DNA of 41,287 nucleotides, from assembly GCA_032718475.1 (NCBI GenBank), contig JAUCBJ010000600.1, positions 1 to 41,287 on the forward strand, written 5' to 3'. The notes below the pieces were generated by a model, which was not told where the DNA came from, made no database searches, and worked only from the letters and a program-made list of their open reading frames with translations. The translations under genes were made by a program, and so were the position numbers. Position 1 is the first letter of the stretch. Each line of letters opens with the position of its first letter. The DNA is from Nemertoderma westbladi (taxonomy: Eukaryota; Animalia; Xenacoelomorpha). This document shows, one piece after another, positions 36,385 to 41,287 of the stretch.

Positions 36385-38325
36385 TTAAATAAAAATAAAT
36401 AAAATATTTCATAAATATTTATATATAAAGAAACTGTAGGCCTATGTAATGTATAGCGGTTATATTAATTTTTGCCGTAGTGATGTAAGATACTTTATCA
36501 TTAGGTATTTAAATTACCGAAAACAACTTTTGTAAAGTCCAGTAGTATACCGCCTACCGGATCCTAGTAACGAAGTACCTTACTGTAGAATCCGGCAGTG
36601 TACACGGGTTCGTACAGTATCTGACAAGAAATCCCAGTCCAGGGTGTCTAAATAAACAGATACCAAGTACACAAACTACTACTGGCGAGGAACGGAGAAT
36701 GATGTCTTTTCTAATATGTGGGCGATATCGGGGCTAACTAGACATACAGGATGCCCGGCCTCTAACCAGTGAGGCAGATGTACAGTCTACAGATACAGAT
36801 CAAACTCACGGGAAAACAATCCCCGCGTAGCGAATCCTAACTATCGCTAATGGACCTGAATACTGTTAACTTGCCGCGGTGTGATTTATATGGGTATAAT
36901 ACGAGCTAGCGGGTCAACAATACTAGCGTAAGAAACAATACTGCCGACAGGAAAAGGCAGTCAAAAAGGGCCCTGGTGCCTGAATAAACAAATACCAAAT
37001 ACCTCTACAAATAATAATAACCTATCTGTAAATCATTAGATCTCAAGACGGGTGTGTGTGATAAGATAAAACAATTTTGGTGTATCGCTGTTATACTAGG
37101 TTTTGGTGATTTTAACAAAATAACAATACCGGGCGCTAGCTACTCGAATAAGCTAGTCGCAAGCTGTAGGCGCAATACTTACAAACTGACGTCAAAAGGG
37201 CTCTCTCCTCCTATATTCACAACTCAGTCGGGCAATTTTCAGTATTAGTAACTACGCCCGTGATCGGCACTGATACCAGAGTCTGATTGTGAGATAAGGA
37301 AATAGGTGTTAATTTACTACTGTACGTCTAGCTGATCTGGTATGTAATTTGATTCTAGAATTTTGTTACCGCGGTGGGCTGCAGTAAATACCTATCAGTA
37401 CGTGGCAAGGGCGCGGTAGATTGTTAGTAAACCTCCCTCAGCCAAAATGCGTGCCGGTAGCAGAAAGCTGCCTCTTTCCTGATCAAATACTTTGGACTCA
37501 GACAGGTCAGTCAAACTGCAAGCCCTACAGAGCTAACCGGTACTGTACCGCTAGTACGGCAAATCACCAAATTATAGAGCGTGCTATTTGCACATAGTGT
37601 ACTTGCGCGTAAAGACAAATAGCAACAGCTCGCACCTGTAGGAGATACAGGTTGACCCAGGTTTTTCCCTGTCTGAATCCGAGATATTTGGTCCTAAATT
37701 TTACGGCGTCCCAGGATGGCGTCACGCTTCACCCTAATCTAAGGAACTTACAGCGGGCAAAGGCGTCGAACAAAGTCTTACCTCCTCTGACGTAGGCGTT
37801 TTCAGGCAATAAGGCATGCTTCAAATGGGCGTGGGCGAAGATAGTGTGGGCTCCTTTATGCGTCGTGGACATCCCTTCCCCTTGCATTGCTGTGGCCTAA
37901 AGGTTTAGGCCGCCATTCCCCGAAGCGTTTGGCTGTTCAAAATAGATACGCTAAAAGCTACATGTTCTGAGTTTGCAGTATATTTTAATGTAAATGACAA
38001 AAGATTTATCGAATTTAGACTAAACTTTACAAATCAGAATAAGATAACACGTTGACAAAATGATAACATTAGAGAGAATGTTAAGTGAACAAGCAAGTTA
38101 GTAAGTGTGTAAGTGATAACCAAAGGGCAAATGGCACCTTATATAGCAAATCCTAAGCATGGAATCTACTAAAATATTCTACCATATTCTATGAGCTCAC
38201 TTTGGACCAATAAATCATCAAACGCCCTACAATTGGCCCAACTAATCTGTCCCTGTGTTGTGCGCACTCCATTGGCTTATCTAACTTGATGAAACCGAAA
38301 ATAAATAGCGCAAAACACAAATTTT

Positions 38326-38395
38326 ACTGACTCAGATTCGAACTCTTAACCTACATAGGATGTAACCTGCGGATTAACCTACTGGGCTACTGCGC
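38326..38395 (-). other. Degenerate tRNA-like / SINE-head Pol III promoter
   Basis: Minus strand gTAGCCCAGTAGGtta...gaGTTCGAATCt resembles A and B boxes at tRNA spacing; no convincing acceptor stem. Confidence 0.4.
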
Positions 38396-39984
38396 CAATA
38401 AAAACCCATGACAAATTATAACTAGAGTAGGTGATATGCAAAATATAACAAACTAGAAATCAAGGCAAATACGTCGGATTTTTGAAAGTTTTTTACGTAG
38501 TACTAATTACAAATAGCTACCGGTACGTAATAGTGAAATAATCCCACAACTTTAGTTCCATTCTTTACTCTATTAGTAATATTAATCAGCAGTTCTGTTG
38601 TTTAATAGAATCGCAAAGCAAATGTGATGTTCTGAAAAGGTAAAGAGAGGGGAAATGTAAATAGAGTTAAGTTCCAAGGAGAGATATAGAGATGATAATG
38701 TTAATACTTGTAGATGTAAGTTAATAGAATCTTGCAAGTGTTACTAGAAACTTGTACAAATTAGTTGTGTGTTTGATTGTCAAAATGATGTAAGTAATGC
38801 CTTCTAAAATCGATTGCCTATCGGGTACCGGTAAACCATAAGTATGCATTGCAGACTGCCTCTGCCATGCAACACGTCCACAGTATGCTATGTAAATCTA
38901 CAATCCATCTATGCATTATCAAGACCAGTACAGTGTTAATGGCTGGTCGCAAGGTTTCCTCACTCCAATAGGGGGAAGCGCTCACTGGCTTTCCAGCTAT
39001 TAGCTACACTCTACAATTCTTTCATAACTAATTACAGTATGATTTATCCAAGTGTTCTAGTATTATATTATTGTATATGTTGTGCGATGTCTTTTAGGTG
39101 TTTATTTGTATAAAGAATTTAAATTCAAATCTGAAATCCTCTCGTCTGTCGGCTACCACAGAGATAGAACTGTTAGCTGCTCAATTCTACGATACCAGTA
39201 GTGCACGGCAAGACTCATCAGATCGTGCCTGCAGAGTGATGCAAGGTTTGGGTAAAAGACTTAACAAGTGCTGTTCACAAGCGCAGCACGACAGTGCTGT
39301 TCAACTAGTTAAGTTGTCATTTGTATTTATTTTTATTACCTGCACCGGGGCCCCAAACCAATTTTGCTTTTTACCATACATTACTATTAATTACCGGTTT
39401 CTGTTTTACCCTTTTGTACTGTGCAATATATATATATATGTTATATTATCGGTTTTTATTGGCTGCATCTTTAGAGCCTGGATTGAAGTAATAAATAAAA
39501 AATAAAAAAAAATTGATGTTATTTAGTTAAAAGTGGTTTTATTTAACTTGTCACTACGAATTTAGTTAGTTAACGGGGTTTAATAAAAAAATAGTTGACT
39601 TTCAACTAAAATATAACTATATTCCGAAAGCTGATGTGTGTTGTTTGTTGGATTGATTGACGGGTTTTCTATGTCCCCTCTGTTCTTGAAGCTTGGACTG
39701 CTCTGAACCATCTCGTCGAGAGTCTCGACTGAATGCTCTCTAAACAATAACAAGTGGGCCTTCAGCAATAACACCCTTAAGTTACAATGTGTTGGCAAGC
39801 TGTATTTTTCGAGGTGTTTGTTATTATACATTTTATTAGGAAGGGATTTAGTTTATTTGTATTTATAATAACAAACACCTCGAAAAATACAGCTTGCCAA
39901 CACATTGTTACTATCAATAATCAAAAATCAGGGGCTAATTATTGAAATGGCAGCTGGCTTTGAAATTAATACTCCATATCTCAA

Positions 39985-40050
39985 GAACCTGTGGCCTAGT
40001 GGTTGAAGTCTCGGCTTCCACCTCGAGGTCCCAGGTTCGAATCCGACACC
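39985..40050 (+). promoter_or_regulatory. tRNA-derived Pol III internal promoter (A and B boxes)
   Basis: A box TGGCCTAGTGG 39992-40002; B box GGTTCGAATCC 40034-40044; anticodon-arm-like ctcgg-cttccac-ctcgag between them. Confidence 0.8.
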
Positions 40051-40090
40051 ACGCTGATGAGACCCAGTAAGGTCGAAACGCGTACGTGGT
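40048..40090 (+). ncRNA. Minimal type I hammerhead ribozyme
   Basis: Stem I ACCACG/CGUGGU; core CUGAUGA (40054-40060); stem II GACC-cagtaa-GGUC; GAAA (40075-40078); palindromic mini stem III ACGCGU; GUA cleavage triplet ending at 40084. Confidence 0.9.
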
Positions 40091-40430
40091 TTGGAGAGAT
40101 ATGAGATATTAATTTCAATAAAAATTACGCGATTCCTAAATTTGTACAATACCCGGTTAAAAGGTACGCATGTGCTGGGATTAGTCCTACAATTGCGCCA
40201 ATAAAAGATAAGTTATTTTCGGTAAAATAAACTTATCGATCGAGGTTAAGACCCCTAAATCCCTTCCTAATAAAATGTATAAGACCCTTAAGTTAACATA
40301 GTGCTAATAATATGAAAAGCCATACTCAATATTGTTAGTGAGGTGTTGCGAAACGGTAATAACAACCGTTGCTATGGTTACCTGAAAGTTTCAAAATTTT
40401 GTTATTTAGTTATGTTTTAGTTAAATTTTC

Positions 40431-40523
40431 AACTAAACACCTCAAAATTTAACTAAACCACCAATTTAACTAAACACCTCAAAATTTAACTAAACCACCA
40501 ATTTAACTAAACACCTCAAAATT
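40431..40523. repeat. 37-bp tandem repeat (2.5 copies)
   Basis: aactaaacacctcaaaatttaactaaaccaccaattt at 40431 and 40468, partial copy at 40505. Confidence 0.85.
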
Positions 40524-41287
40524 AGTTGAAATAACTAGTTGACTTATATTTATTTATTTGGGTTTAGTTAATTTTGTCGCCCAGACAACGTGTTCTTGGG
40601 TTACCGCACAATAGAGAGAGATACAAAATATAAAAAAACAAGTTATATTTCTACCCCACCACTCCATTCAGAGCACATTGTTCCCCCTTATTCAATTTTG
40701 TGAATTGTTCCACAAACAATTTTTTCGCGCACCAACCCTATTCAAACCTTCCCGATATTTTAGATAATGCAATTTTTCTTTGTTCAACAATAACTTTGTT
40801 AAAAGTGAATGAAATTCAATAAAAATTTTCATCCTTTCTAAAAATATAACTAATGAGACGATTTTTTAGCAATTTTATTCATAACTGAACCGTGAGAGCC
40901 TATTTTTTTTTTTTATTGAATTATTTAATTATCATCCAAACATTCGGATAAATAAGATGAAATATGCATGTTGAATATACTGTTGGTAGCGCACAAACTA
41001 GGTAGGTTGTTAAGAGGTGGTTTACTAAATTATTAAAATAAATAAAGTTATTAAAATTATTATTATTATTGCATATTATTATTAAAAGAATTAGAGTTCC
41101 AGGGTCATTAAAAATATTGCTTTCCGTAACGATGTGGTGTTTGGTGGGATCCCTCGCAGATTGTATAATGTAAGTTCGTATCCGCAGCGCGGTGACACAG
41201 TTTGCATATGCAGGTATCAGTCGGTCGCCAGCATTTTGGCTGAATTTTTGAATTTTTTTTTTATGAAAAGGGCCTTATTTAATTGTA

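Larger units (their letters stand above)
39785..40283 (+). mobile_element. Non-autonomous hammerhead retroelement (retrozyme/Penelope-type) with 5' inversion
   Basis: Flanked by 12-bp direct repeat ACCCTTAAGTTA (39773-39784, 40284-40295). 39785-39851 is an inverted copy of both ends of the unit 39864-40282. Confidence 0.8.

Noticed and set aside
39985-40053. Functional tRNA gene
   Set aside because: A and B boxes are present, but there is no proper acceptor stem or immediate T-run terminator, and the sequence runs straight into the hammerhead.

Overview
Eukaryotic, probably animal, intergenic DNA made almost entirely of nested transposable elements; I recognise no host gene. In order: (1) an apparently intact Ty3/Gypsy gag-pol on the minus strand that runs off the left edge; (2) a Penelope-like GIY-YIG remnant inside a long inverted repeat, with a solo LTR inserted in one arm; (3) MITEs and decayed LINE fragments (RTE-like, L2/CR1-like, CRE-like); (4) a complete 14.1-kb BEL/Pao LTR retrotransposon (14775-28863, TSD GCTAG) inserted into an RTE-like LINE; (5) a 3.2-kb 17-bp satellite; (6) a TTAA-flanked piggyBac-like non-autonomous element; (7) a ~500-bp TSD-flanked insertion containing a tRNA-like Pol III head fused to a minimal hammerhead ribozyme. 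Two items stand out. The BEL/Pao element carries, in the env position, an ~800-codon ORF with a WRN/Mut-7-like DEDDy 3'-5' exonuclease domain and CCHC knuckles, preceded by a 12-copy hairpin array and a splice-acceptor-like site. The tRNA-hammerhead unit has an inverted arm that records a tail-to-head junction of a 414-nt monomer, as a circular or multimeric RNA template would. All family assignments come from motifs read by eye; no database searches were run.
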